Shown here piece by piece: positions 12,820 to 26,404 of a stretch of 64,000 bases of DNA. The stretch spans positions 13,950,001-14,014,000 of the forward strand of contig NC_043000.1 of assembly GCF_006345805.1 (NCBI RefSeq), in the 5' to 3' direction. Every line of letters begins with the position of its first letter. The first letter of the stretch is position 1. Position numbers and translations under genes: made by a program. The notes below the pieces were generated by a model that saw only the letters and a list, made by a program, of their open reading frames with translations, did not search any database and was not told the origin of the DNA. This stretch comes from Octopus sinensis. Lineage: Eukaryota.

Positions 12820-13052
12820 GTAAGTGTAAACATGTGACAATTATTCAGTAGCCATGATAAAACTCTGAGTTTCGGATGCCGAGGTGGAAATCCATGCCGC
12901 CATCTCTTCAGTTATCCGGCCATTGGAAAAAAACTCGGAGTTTTATCATGGGTACTGAATAATTGTCACATATTACATTTACAGATAAATTCCTCTATTT
13001 ACATAATATCAAGGTCTCTTTCATTCTTTTGTTGTCTTACCATTTTTATCAA
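12820..13052 (-). mobile_element. Penelope-like (pLTR-derived) palindromic mini-element in (TA)n
   Basis: ~40-bp inverted arms tgtgacaattattcagtagccatgataaaactctgagttt / aaactcggagttttatcatgggtactgaataattgtcaca around a hammerhead motif. Confidence 0.7.
12856..12916 (-). ncRNA. Minimal type I hammerhead ribozyme motif
   Basis: GAUAA CUGAAGA GAUG..CAUC c GAAA CUC a GAG UU/UUAUC; stem I GAUAA/UUAUC; one extra C at the base of stem II. Confidence 0.65.
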
Positions 13053-14361
13053 TATATATATTGTTTTAATCAGGCTGCAGCCATGCTGGTGCAATACCTT
13101 GAAGAATTCTAGAACCCTGCCTGGTCATCTTTGCTTTTCATCCTTTCAAGGTCTATAAAAAAAAAAGTACGATTTCATTGTGTTAGATTGGCAGAACTGT
13201 AATAACATATGCCCAGTTACCTTGCAGTGTTTGTTCCGGCTCTTTTGTATTCTGTACTCAAACTTACAGTGGCCTATTTGACTGGTAGTCTTAAACCATC
13301 TCTCTAAACCTTTTCATGTTGACCTGCCTTACACTGTCCCTGCTCCTATGGCACAAACTTGTTTTCAAATGATTTAAAATCAGATGTTCCATTAAAATTT
13401 CTTGTTAATTTATGTTGTAATAATCTTAATGACAAAGTATTTTATAATTTATTCAGTATTTTGCAAAATTAATTGAAAGAACAGCAGTTATTTCTATATA
13501 ATTGTGCTAACAAAGGGGGTTTAGCTCATGACACCTTGTGTACTTCTGTTGGAACCCACTGCCCTGCAAGACTTCAAGTTGGGTTTCAGGTTAGAGGATG
13601 CATCTCATCTCTGAGGCCATGTAACAGGTTGTGGGCAATGTGTATATAATATTCTTTTTCTATTCAATCATTGATTGGCTTGGGCCACCCATTGAAAGGG
13701 TTTAGTTACACACATTGACCTGGATGCTTTCTTTTGTAAAATCTGGTTCTTAATCTATTTGACCCTTTTGTCAGATTGCTAAGTTTCAGTGACACAAACA
13801 AACCAATACTGTTCATTGAATGGTGAGGAGAGAAAGATGACATGCACACTACCATACGCACACACACACACATATATATACATCTGTATGCATGTGTGTT
13901 GAAATTCTGCTGATATTTGGTCGATGAGGGGTTGAATTTGTCTATCTATCTCTATTATGTTTGTGTTTTCCAATTAGTCTAATATTCCTAGTTCATTTTG
14001 ATTTACATTATTTAAATTACCCAAGGCTATAAATGTGCTCTACTATTTTTTAATATGTCTCTGCTGGAGTTAAGGTAGAACTGTAGTAGTGCAGATGAGA
14101 GCTAATGAGACAGAAACATGTTTCCACATATCACCAGGCAGGCTGTTATCCCTTTATGGCATGTTTGGGAAATCATGGACTGTTGAGATTGTTTCTTTCC
14201 TTATGAGGATTTGGGAGCAACTGCTACAGGTTAGTTATCTGCCCTTCTCTTGAAGGGAAAATGATTTTAATAAACCAAGACTTTATCTTTTATAATATTT
14301 GATATGGCTTTATTTGTATATCTATCTATCTATCTATCTATCACTAAACTATGTAATATAG

Positions 14362-14402
<41 letters not shown>

Positions 14403-15210
14403 GTTTACAGACATAGATATGTGTAAATATTGTGTGTGTGGTTATAGATAATATAAACTTCCATATATATATATGTGTGGAAATTATATTATTCAGGCAT
14501 AAATAGATTATGTGCATATGTGTGTGTGTGCATCTGTGTATATGTATTTTATGCACATGACATTTACTGTACATATCTGTGTCTATATGTATAATGTATT
14601 TTAATATTTCACTTAAGCATTATGATATAAATAACCTGGTGTAAAACTCAATATATATATATGCTTCTGAATGAAGAATTAGTCGGGTACGGGGTGGTAA
14701 CAATAAAGAAATGACAAAAGAATGACTGGTTATACTACAAACTTCATTAGTTTATAGATGTTTCTACCATAAAATGCAGTGGACTCCTAGCTGAGGGACT
14801 GATGTAACATGTTACAGTTTCATCAGAGCCTGAAATATGAAGTGCTGATGTACAATACATACATGTAATGGGTCAGAATATGTTTAAGAGTGTGTGTGTG
14901 TACATATATTTATATATACATAAATGTCAAGCAATGAAAATGAGTGCTCAACACCACATTGGTGGATAGAATTTCTTTATTTGAATTAAGGCTACCATTG
15001 GTTTCATGTTAAGAAAAATAGGGAAATATCTTAATATCCTAACAATTTTTCAAGTCGATCACATGGAGGAATGGTGTTCGTTTCCATTTTGGATATATAT
15101 AAATTATACACCTGTGTGTATTATATTTACTTAGGTGTATTTATGTAGTGTGCATGTGTATATATATAATGTATATGCATTTGTGTGTGTTTATATATAT
15201 ATATATTTAT

Positions 15211-15550
15211 TCTTCTTTAACTTGTTTCAGTCATTTGACTGCGGCCATGCTGGAGCACCACCTTTAGTTGAACAAATCGTCCCTAGGACTTATTCTTTGT
15301 AAGCTTAGTACTTATTCTATCAGTACCTTTTTGCCAAACCACTAAGTTCCAGGGGCGTAAACATACCAACATCGGTTATCAAGCAATAGCGGTAGGACAG
15401 ACACACACACAAACATACATATATATATATACACACACACACACTCACACGACGGGATTCTTTCAGTTTCCGCCTACCAAATTCACACACAAGGCTTTGG
15501 TTGGCCCAAGGCTATAGAAGACACTGGCCCAAGATGCCACGCAGTGGGAC
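15211..15550 (-). mobile_element. SINE family A
   Basis: cttgtttcagtcatttgactgcggccatgctggagcacc...cccaagatgccacgcagtgggac. Confidence 0.88.
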
Positions 15551-15582
<32 letters not shown>

Positions 15583-16055
15583 GATAAACACTGGTTCTGT
15601 TTCAATTTATATTATTAGGAGTCAACTTGTTAACTAATTAAGCAATTAACTAATGGATTGCTTGACTAATTGACTACATGGGTTTGTTATATTGTAGAAT
15701 ATGTGTGTGTGTGTGTATAAATTGACTTTTATGCATATATTTATATAACTTTCAATGAATTAGCTTCTGTAGATGAAAAGATTACTCAAGCAATCGATTT
15801 GTCGATTATTATGTAGTTTACAAATAATATTAAATAGAAAGGAAATAGAGCCGTTGTGGGTGTTTCTGTTGGTGGAATGCCCCTCCCATGATACATCTGT
15901 TTCAAGAAACAATTGCAATTTCACATGAAACTCGCAAAACAAAAACGGAGTGTGTACGTTGGCGTGTTGTATATAATCGCCATCATATATTTTTTATTTT
16001 ATTTTTATTTTATCTAGTTTCAGCTCACGAGCTGTGGCCATGCTGGGGCATCGCC

Positions 16056-16057
<2 letters not shown>

Positions 16058-16093
<36 letters not shown>

Positions 16094-16129
16094 ACTGGCG
16101 ACTGTTGTTAGTAAATGTGTGTGTATGTG

Positions 16130-16177
<48 letters not shown>

Positions 16178-16192
16178 TACATGCGGTTGTAA

Positions 16193-16237
<45 letters not shown>

Positions 16238-16318
16238 CACACACATACACACGTTTGTATATACATGCATCCATGTGTGTAAATATTTTATATATATAAA
16301 GTATATGTATGTTTATAC

Positions 16319-16382
<64 letters not shown>

Positions 16383-16832
16383 GCACATACATATGTTCAT
16401 ATATATGAGTGTATTTCTGTTTATAGATGTATAAGTGTTCATGTATATTTGTGTGTGTAAAAATATATATATATATATATATATACACACGCACACATTT
16501 GCACCCTGCATACATTCGTTCGCATACAAGAATGTTATTGTTGGTTTGCTGATATAAATTCTTTCGTTATGAGCCGCCATCGACTTTTAATTGACCAAAA
16601 GTTGTGTATGTAAAAAGGTATTTATTTTTAGTCGCCCCCCCCCGCCCCAGTGAAATTATTCGGGGGTTGTTTTAAAGCACACTTTTTAGTTTTATACACG
16701 TATTAAAGTGAGTGTTTTAGTAGGTTTCTTCACACGAAAGACAAAAAAATATAAACTTTTCAGTTAAGAATTTGGTGAGATTCATGTTAAAAAATAAAAT
16801 ATTCTCCGTTTTGTGCTTTAAAAAAATCGCAC

Positions 16833-16900
<68 letters not shown>
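16058..16900. repeat. Compound (TA)n/(CT)n/(CA)n microsatellite cluster
   Basis: Several long (TA)n runs. Confidence 0.9.
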
Positions 16901-16902
<2 letters not shown>

Positions 16903-17973
16903 ATGTGTGTGTTTGCATTTTAATTTTTCTGGTAATCATTTGTTTAATTCCATTACATTGAATAAGATATAAGGATATAAATTATAATTTATGTGCAAGT
17001 TCTAAAAATATTTGAGAATTATTCTGCATTTAGCAGTGAACCAGTGAACGCATGTGTGTATATGTGTACACACACATATAAATCAATTTATATATACATA
17101 CATTTTATCATTGTATTATAATAAATATTATATTTATTTCATACATGTTTGTATATATGCGTGCGTGTGTATGTATATATATATATATATATATAACTTT
17201 GTATGCATATATGTATGTATTACGCGTAGTCAATCTTCACTATTTTTATACATATTTCTGTGGTCATCTGAACATGTCCATGCCATAATTAATTCTTTCA
17301 TAATGTCACATCCTCTCTCTCTCTCTCTTATCTTTCGCAAGCTTTCATGGTCCTCGTGTTTTTTCCCTCCCTCCCTCTATCCTTTCTCTTCTCTTTTTCT
17401 CCCATCCTCCTCCTCCTCATTGCTCTTTCTATGCCTCCTCCTAAACAACCCCCACCATCTCCTCCAACACTTCCCATTCATCTCGTGTTAAAAACAATCG
17501 AATCGACAAATATTGGACTCTTAACAACAAGGCGAAAAAAAAGAAAGAAAAAAAAAAGAAAAAGAAAACCAAAACACCGCACAACAGACACAAAACCCAG
17601 GAAAAGAACAGTAAAACTGGGTGAAGAAGTACAGTTTATTTTGTTTAGTGAGCAACAACGGAACGAGAGTTAAAAATGGAGAGCGGGTGGGAGGTGTACA
17701 GAAAGTCAAAATACAACACGAAACAAACTAATAAACACATTAAAATCTGTTTCAAAAATACACCTCAAGCTAAAACAACATGAAAACCTCTGAGCTGCAA
17801 AAATTTACTCCACTTTACTTAGATGAATTATGAAATGTAAAAAAAATATATATATAATATATATATTCGCGTTTCTTGTGCGGCTGCTATTTTTTATGTT
17901 GCTGTAAAGTTTGCAACGTTCCGTAGCTTTTGTGGCGATAATGAAAAATAGATTATTATTATTATTATTATTA

Positions 17974-18735
17974 TGTGAGTTCAAATTCCGCCTTTCATCA
18001 TTTCGGGGTCGATAAATCAAGTACCAGTTGAGTATTGGAGGTCGATGTAATCGACTATGCCCCCCCCTCCCCTAACTTTCAGGCGTTGTACCTATAGTAG
18101 AAATTATTTATAGGAGTTCAAATTCCTCTGAGGTCGACTTTGCCTTTCATCCTTTCGGGGCCGATAAAGTAAGTACCAGTTCAACCCTCCAGTTGATGTA
18201 ATCGACTAACCCCCCCACCCAATTGCTAACCTTGTTGCCAAATTTGAAACCATAACTATTAAAATTTTATGAGTTCAAATTCCACTTAGGTTGACTTTGC
18301 CTTTCATCCTTTCGGATTTGATAAAATAAGTGTGAGTTGAACACTAGAGTGGATGTAATTCTACCCTTAGAAAATGTAGGCCTTGTGTCTAGAGTAGAAA
18401 TTATTATTGTTATTATCCAGGGTTTCCGGATCTTTATGTTCTGGGCTGAAAATATACCAAGGTCAAGTTTGGCTTCCACCATTTCAGGGTCGGTAAAATA
18501 AGTACCAGTTGATGTACATAAGCTTTTAAGGTGGTGAACTGGCAGAATGCTCGGGGCATTAGAAAACAATTCTCAGCGGCATTTCTTCGAACTCTTTATG
18601 CACAAGTTCAAACTCTGATGAGATCAGCTTTGCTCTTTTTATGCTTGATAAAATATGTACCAATCAAGTATCAAGGTTGATATAGCTTTGCTCCTCCCCT
18701 CAAATTGCTGGCCTTGTGCCAAAGTTAGTATTATT
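17974..18735 (+). mobile_element. Head-to-tail cluster of ~5 partial SINE family B copies (Meta-domain-like core)
   Basis: Repeated gagttcaaattcc...gcctttcatcctttcggggtcgataaa...aagtaccagtt...ggccttgtg...attattat. Confidence 0.85.
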
Positions 18736-20132
18736 ATTTAGGGATATCCCCCCCACCCCCTGCTTTACTGGAGAGGAGGTGTATTGTTTTGAAATGTCAG
18801 AAATGAAGCTTATTATTTTTATTCATTCTTCATGAAAACAATAGGAAAACTTTATGTATGTAGAAAATAAAATTAGTAAAAGAATGTGTGTCAAAACAAC
18901 TGTTTGAAGAAAGCTGAAACTTGTAGATGTATACATGCATATGTGTGCCTTTGTGTGGCATTCCTATATAGTAGTGTCAGAAATTTTCTAGTATCAAGAA
19001 ATTGTAGTTTCTTTGGACCTGTATGTTGTAAGCATCATAGATTACATTTTTGCAAAAACACAAATATTTTGGGAAGGATATCTTCCCATCCCCTGCTGTT
19101 CCATAATTTTTCAGTTTTGACACTTCTTAAAAAATTTTTCATATGTAATGTTTACAAAAGTTACACATATATTCTGTTGAATCATGTCCTCAGATGTTTA
19201 AAATGTTAGATCTGAAAAGTAGATGTTCAAAAACAATGATGGTGTGTGTATAACACTTTAAGCTTTTCCATTATGAGACATTTCCTTTTACTTTTATGCT
19301 TCAGCATTCAATAGGCTTATACTAGGTGTGGTTTAGTCTGCTTTCTTCTGTCTCCCTTCTTAGAAATACACTTTAGTGGGAGAAAAAAAGAAATATTTTT
19401 CATACATGTAAAAACACAGTGAATTTTAATATAGTATATGTGTGTGTATTATGCATCCATGTACTCTTAAACATGGATGCACACATGCAGATTGATGCAT
19501 GTGTGTGTGTGTGTGACTCATGTGAACATGGAAAAGTGGATGTGAAAACTGTGATGATGACATGTGTTTGTGTGTAAAGATGTGGCTGTATGGTTAAGAA
19601 GTTCACTTCCCGACCATGTGGCTTCAGGTTCAGTCCTGCTGTGTAACAACACCTTTAGCAATATTTGTGGCTGTGTGAGTTCATATTTCCCTTCATATTC
19701 ACGTGTGTTCACTGGTTGTAAACAATTGCACACTGTTGTCTGCACAAAAGCACAGATCCAGTATTTTTAACATATCTTGACCTTATTCACATGGTGTCAT
19801 TTCTTTGTAGTTCCTCAGTGAAATGTAACCCGATAGCTTTTTGTTTGATAGTCTGGGAGATTATTACCTTTCTTGGAAACAAGTTGGCCTGAGGAAGAAA
19901 AAAAAGCTATGAGCCCCAATATACGCTTGCCTGACCCATGCAGCCATAGAAGAGTATGTGTTAAAACAATGATGATAATTATGAAACGGATATATATGCG
20001 TATGATTCGTCCTCAGTCTAAAAACACCTGTTGTTATATTCTTGCCATTTGTAATTGTGTATCATGTACTCTGTTGTCTGTCTTAGTTGTACACACTTGC
20101 TAGCTTTCTTACAAAAAATCTATGCATATATG

Positions 20133-20167
<35 letters not shown>

Positions 20168-20254
20168 ATAATGTGCATACATATATGTATGCATGCATAT
20201 ATATGTGCATACATATATATAGATGTGCATATATATATGCATGCATATATATAA

Positions 20255-20549
20255 AAGCACCATCCAAGCGTGGCTGATGCCAGTACCACTTTGGCTGGCT
20301 CTTGTGCCAGTGGCACGTAAAAGCACCATTCAAACATAATCGATGCCAGTCCCCTCAGGCCCCTATGCTGATGGCACGTAAAAAGCACCCAGCACACTTT
20401 TGGAGTGGTTGGCGTTAGGAAAGGCATCCAGCTGTAGAAGCAGTGTCAGATCCGATTGCAGCCTGGTGTCGCCTCTTTGCTTTCCAGACCCCAGTGAACC
20501 GTCCTACCAATGTCAGCATGGAAAACAGACGTTAAACAATGATGATGAT
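20255..20549 (+). mobile_element. RTE LINE 3' UTR fragment
   Basis: ggagtggttggcgttaggaaaggcatccagctgtagaag...gacgttaaacaatgatgatgat. Confidence 0.85.
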
Positions 20550-20643
20550 ATTTATATATACATATGTAGTATATGATATATATATATATATATGTGCATA
20601 TATATTTATATGTGCATATATATATATATATATATACATATGT

Positions 20644-21034
20644 CTTGTTTTCAGTCATTTGACTGCGGCCATGCTGGAAGACCGCCTTTAGTCGAGCAAA
20701 TCGACCCCAGGACTTATTCTTTGTAAGCCCAGTACTTATTCTATCGGTCAATTTTGCAGAACCGCTAAGTGACGGAGACATAAACACACTAGCATCGGTT
20801 GTCAAGCAATGCTGGGGGACAAACACAGACACACAAACATACACGCACATACATATATATACATATATATTCGACGGGATTCTTTCAGTTTCCGTCTACC
20901 AAATCCACTCACAAGGAATTGGTCGGCCCGAGGCTATAGTAGAAGACATCTGCCCAAGGTGCCACGCAGTGGGACTGAACCCGGAACCATGTGGTTGGTA
21001 AGCAAGCTACTTACCACACAGCCACTCCTGCGCC
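20644..21034 (-). mobile_element. SINE family A, full length
   Basis: Near-identical reverse complement of 9661-10070. Confidence 0.92.
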
Positions 21035-21414
21035 TCTAAGTAACATCCTTTGCTATATTTCTGCTGCTTTTAAATAAAGCATATTACTCTACCTCTGGTA
21101 TTTGAGTACTCTTTTTTACCACCTTGTTTCACATTTATGTGCTTACTCCAGTATATATGTATGTATATATATATATGTGTGTGTGTATATATATATATAT
21201 GTGTGTATATATATATGTGTGTGTGTATATATATATATGTGTGTGTGTATATATATATGTGTGTGTGTATATATATGTGTGTGTGTATATATGTATGTAT
21301 ATGTATGCATGTATATATATGTATGTATATGTGTATATATGTTTAATATATACGCATGTATATATGTGTGTATATGTATGCAAGTGTATGTATATATATT
21401 TAAGTATATGTATG

Positions 21415-21449
<35 letters not shown>

Positions 21450-21656
21450 ATTTAAGGTCACAGTAAATATATGTGTGTATATAAATATGGTTATACATGT
21501 ATTTGTTTGAATCTGCTGATCTCATTGGATCAGAAGTTGGAGACATGTGGCAGGGTGGGAATCGTTAAATTTAAGACACATTTATATGCATACCTATTTT
21601 TCTCTGTCTCTCTGCGTGTGTTTTGTATGTGTATTTATGAATATAGATAGGTTTAT

Positions 21657-21715
<59 letters not shown>

Positions 21716-21828
21716 CACACACACACTTACATATATATGTATACACACATGCATACTATATAGTGAATATACATACACAGAGGGATAGTATGTATTTATG
21801 TACCGTTACGTGCGATATGTATAATGTA

Positions 21829-22040
21829 CAGTAAATCCCTCGACTATCGCGGGTGTTACGTTCCAAATCCCACTGCGATAGGTAAAATCCGTGACGTAGG
21901 AACTGTACTGTGTTTGTTGTTTTATTTTTTATAATTTTTCCTATATTTTGTTTATTATAAATGCGAAACAACACCACGGTGGAATCGACCTAAGCTTAAA
22001 TAATAAACCACACGATATGGTGAGGTATTATACTGTATTT
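21829..22040 (+). mobile_element. pogo/Tigger-like MITE left end, truncated
   Basis: TA|cagtaaatccctcgactatcgcgggtgttacgttcca; right TIR not found. Confidence 0.6.
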
Positions 22041-22959
22041 ACATTCGGTTGTGGTCATACTGTCGTATGCCTTGTATGCAAATTGGACGCGCACACGCAC
22101 GCATAAACAAGCACAAATGTGTGTGTATCCACCCTACAGTTGCGAGAACGTGTTTTGCATCTTCTGGCGTGTGGAAGCCAGTACACTGCAGATAAAAACA
22201 TATATATATATACTATACTATACACACACAAAAGATAATTTCTAGTAGTATTTGTTAAATTGAACCAAGTTGCGGTAGAAGGGTCGTGATAGATTTTTAG
22301 GCATTCTAAATATGACCTATATAAATAGTTGTGCAGAAAAACTATTGAAGCATGCATTGACCTGCTTCCTTGAGTCAGCAGTTGGTGCTTGTATGGCCCC
22401 TCCTCCTCCCATCACTCTTTGTATTACTGCTTTTACCCCTTTAATTCGTTTGCCCCTTTCTTACTTTCTCCAAACCTCTCTTGTTCCACATAGGAAACAT
22501 TTTTATCCTTTCTATTGTTGCAGTTTGTTAAACGCTATCCCCGTCAGAATTTCTAAAATAGCTCCAATGCTCTTATTTTAAATTTGCTTGTGTGGTTGGT
22601 AGTGCTGCTGGTTTTTTTTTTTTTTTAGCCCTTGGTCAATGCTGATCTTTCAGGCCTATATGTATGATCAGGCTCATTTATATCGTTGTTATATACCATT
22701 TTGTTTTTGTTTCCGAAATGTAGTTAGGATAACTACTATCAAAATGCACCATTCATTGTGTGAATACGTTTAATGATTTGTGAGTTGTGTGTGACTGTTG
22801 TTTCTAGCAAATTTAACGATTACTACAATTCAGACACTAAACATGTAGATTAAAGTGAAACTTATCTAATACATAACGTGTGCGTGTTTGTGTACACACA
22901 TATACTATGTCAGAACAAATAAAAGTGAATAATAATAATAATGATGATGATGATAATAA

Positions 22960-23480
22960 TGGCTTCAAATTTTGGTGCAGCGACAGCAATTTTGAGGTTA
23001 GCGGGTAAGTGGAAACAATCGATGATAGTACTTGATTAGTACTTTATATTATCGACCTCCGAAAGGATGAAAGGTAAAGGTGACCACGATATGATAACGA
23101 TAATAATTTTGACCACAATATGATGATGGTAATAATAATTATCAATGGTCCTTTTTACTATAGGCACAAGGCCTAAAAATTTAGATAGGACGGGACTAGT
23201 CGATTACATTAACCCTTACTGCTCAACTCGTACTTATTTTGTCGACCTCAAAATAACGAAAGGTAAAGTCGAGTTCAGTGGGATTTGAACGCAGAATAAT
23301 TCTTTCTACTATAGAGAAGGCTTGGCATTTTAGCAGTAGGGGGCTAGTCGATTGCATCGGCTGGTACTTAATTTATCAACCCCGAAAGGATGAAAAGCAG
23401 TCTAAATAATAGTGATAATGAATTCTTTTATTTGCCACAGGGGCATAAACAAGGGGGGACTGGTTTCTAATTTAGGCACA
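22960..23480 (-). mobile_element. Cluster of ~4 partial SINE family B copies
   Basis: Repeated gtactt...atcgacc..gaaaggatgaaagg separated by (aat)n. Confidence 0.8.
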
Positions 23481-24294
23481 GAGCCGCTATTTTAGCTATT
23501 AACTATCTGAATCACATAGAGATAGGAATAGGTTTCAACAAATGCCTAAAGTTCACTGTAAACTACATCAGTTTCAGAACATGAACATCAATGACAGGTG
23601 GGGGTCAGGTCAAAGTTCAGCTGGCAGGGAAGTGTCAGTTGCAAAGCACCAAGTGGTAAATCTTTTCTCTTTTTTTGTTTGTCTTTTTCAGATTTTTTAT
23701 TCCGGACTTTTTACCCTTTTTTTTCTTCTTTTTCACAAAAAGGATCTCTTCATAGTCTTTTTTTTTTTTTGTTTTTTTAAATCTCCCCTAAGAATATTTT
23801 AAATTGTATTTCATTAATACAGTAGAAGCATTTCTAAAGCTATATATATACGTCTGAAATTCCTTTTCCAACAGAGAAAGAAATATAGTGCCGGTGAGAT
23901 GGTGCTGGTGGTGGTGGAGGGGTAGATAACTTGGGTTTGCCGTCCAGCTATTTTTTTATACTGCTAACCGGCTCAGACGTGTTCTAGGCTAGTATCAGCA
24001 TGTTTGCTCTAAGAAAATAGTCGACTGTTCACTTGGACCCTAGCAACTTGAACACTCTCTTCACTAAAGAGTTTTGTTGTGTGTAGTGTGCGCGCGTGCG
24101 CGTGTCATCACATATTTGTAACTGCACTCAATTTTACATTAGATGCTTGCAAAGCGACCCCTCTTGTTTTTTTGTTGTTTTTTTTTTTAAAAAAAAAGAA
24201 AATTCTAATAATTAAGAAGTAAAAACAGGTTGTCTAAACTGGTGTATTCATATATATTGATGTACATGAACACACGCATGTACATATGTATGTT

Positions 24295-24342
24295 CACAAA
24301 CACACGTGTGTGTATATATACACATGTGTGTGTATATACACA

Positions 24343-24375
<33 letters not shown>

Positions 24376-24701
24376 CATATGTGTGTGTGTATATACACAT
24401 ATGTGTATATATATATATCATATGTGTGTGTGTATATACACATATGTGTATATATATATATCATATGTGTGTGTGTATATACACATATGTGTATATATAT
24501 ATATATGTGTGTGTGTATATACACATATATGTATATACACATATGTGTATATATATTTATATGTATATACACATATGTGTATATATATATATATCATATA
24601 TGTGTGTTATATATATGTGTGTATATATATATATGTGTGTATATATATATATATCATATATTATATGTATATATATATCACATATATATATATATATATA
24701 T

Positions 24702-24740
<39 letters not shown>

Positions 24741-24742
24741 CA
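24295..24742. repeat. Compound TA/TG/CA minisatellite (~43-bp unit)
   Basis: tcatatgtgtgtgtgtatatacacatatgtgtatatatatata repeats. Confidence 0.9.
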
Positions 24743-25794
24743 TAGCCAGTCAAAAAGTTCCTTCCCAAGGAAAGGGAGTGGTCGGTGGAATGTTGGGATT
24801 TAGGGGGCATCGTTTTTAACTTGCCCTGATGTGTACCAATTCAAGTTGCTTGTTGCATTTCTCTTCAACATTGATTAGGTTTCAAAACGCAATTGAACTC
24901 TACATATTATACACACACACACACACACAGGCAGTAATTTTGTTTATCCTCCTAAGTTCAGAAGATAACTGGGTAGTGGGAGATCTCACTGGCAGGATGA
25001 GGAGGACAAAATGGTATTAGGTCAAGGATCCATCTTGTGCACTTTGTACAAAGGGCTACTGAACTGTCAGGAAAATATATCTAGGTTGGGCATGTAATAC
25101 ATTAACGTTCCCTCCTGCCTGCTTCTCTGGCTCTCTCTCTCTCTCTCTCTCTCTCTCCCAGGTAATGTATTCCCCACCCTTAGTTGGCTATGTCACAATG
25201 CTGGCTGCTGGTGATAGCTTTCCTAGCAGCATGCGGTTACACCAGTGTTGTTTTTAATTAAATTTATGTATATCTGTATAGATGTATGTATGTATGTATA
25301 AGTGTGTGTGATGTTACAATCCATGCCAGTTGAAAAGCTACGTTAAATGATGATGTATGTATGTGTGTGTTAAATATGCGGTGGTGGGGTATGTATTTTA
25401 CTCTTTACACTTTTTGTTGCTGCAAACTTATGATCAAAGGGATACCAGCCATGACCATCACAGCCTTTAACTAAGCGCTATGGGAATGTCTCATTGTTCG
25501 ATGTGTCAATTTCTAAGGAAGTAAGATATAATTCCGAGGAAGAATTGCTTGCTGTTTCAAGGAAGGCTTGTGCTTTCCACATACAGTTTCTCTTTTGGAT
25601 ATTTACACTTGTATTTAGTGTTATCGATGTTCATAGAAGTTAGTTTTAAAAGAATTACTACTTTTGCTATATACATCGTTACATTCAACAGATTGAATGT
25701 AGTATGTACAAATACATATATACAAAAATATTGGTGCCGATAAGTTAGTCACGCCCTGGGCCAATTCTGGCTGAAACTTATCTGTGTATATGTA

Positions 25795-26009
25795 CAGGGT
25801 GCGATGGGTAAATTGTCACCATTTTATATTCTTAATTTTGCGCATGCGCATTATTTGTCTTTGATTTGTCGACTACACAGTATAGTAGAGTCAGTTGGGC
25901 ACTGTCTGTGAGAAAAACAGCACCATGGCACAATTCACTCAGCTAGAGATTTGGTAACGACATGCTGTACTGCTTGGCATTTGTGCCAGAAGCTCCAATA
26001 CGGACGTTT
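25795..26009 (+). mobile_element. 5' end of a Tc1/mariner transposon with a decayed transposase N-terminus
   Basis: TA|cagggtg terminus; MAQFTQLEIW*RHAVLLGICARSSNTDV with an in-frame stop. Confidence 0.6.
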
Positions 26010-26361
26010 TGACCACAGTCAAATGACTGAAACAAATAAAAGAATATCTTTTAAAATGAGATGTCAATGTTATTTTCATTTTTGCGTACTTTAAACGATA
26101 TATATACACACATACATATATAATGTGCATGTATATGAATTCTGTATTTTCTTCTATGAAATCAGTTCAGTCAAAGTGGGCTACATTTTTATGTAGTATA
26201 CAATACAAAATACTAGTGTAGAGATTTTTTTTCTTTGTATTTGTACCATGGTCATTTCAATATTACGTTGATATCAGGTGCCTGTTATCAGCCTAACAGT
26301 GAAACAATATCTGTTCAAATTTTCCCTTTAAAAAATTTGTGTGCATCAGTGTATTTATAAA

Positions 26362-26399
<38 letters not shown>

Positions 26400-26404
26400 C
26401 ATGC

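Noticed and set aside
17347-17673. 108-aa Pro/Lys-rich ORF
   Set aside because: Composition follows low-complexity CT- and A-tracts; no recognisable domain
17974-18735. Repeat-spacer-like periodicity
   Set aside because: The units are diverged SINE B fragments
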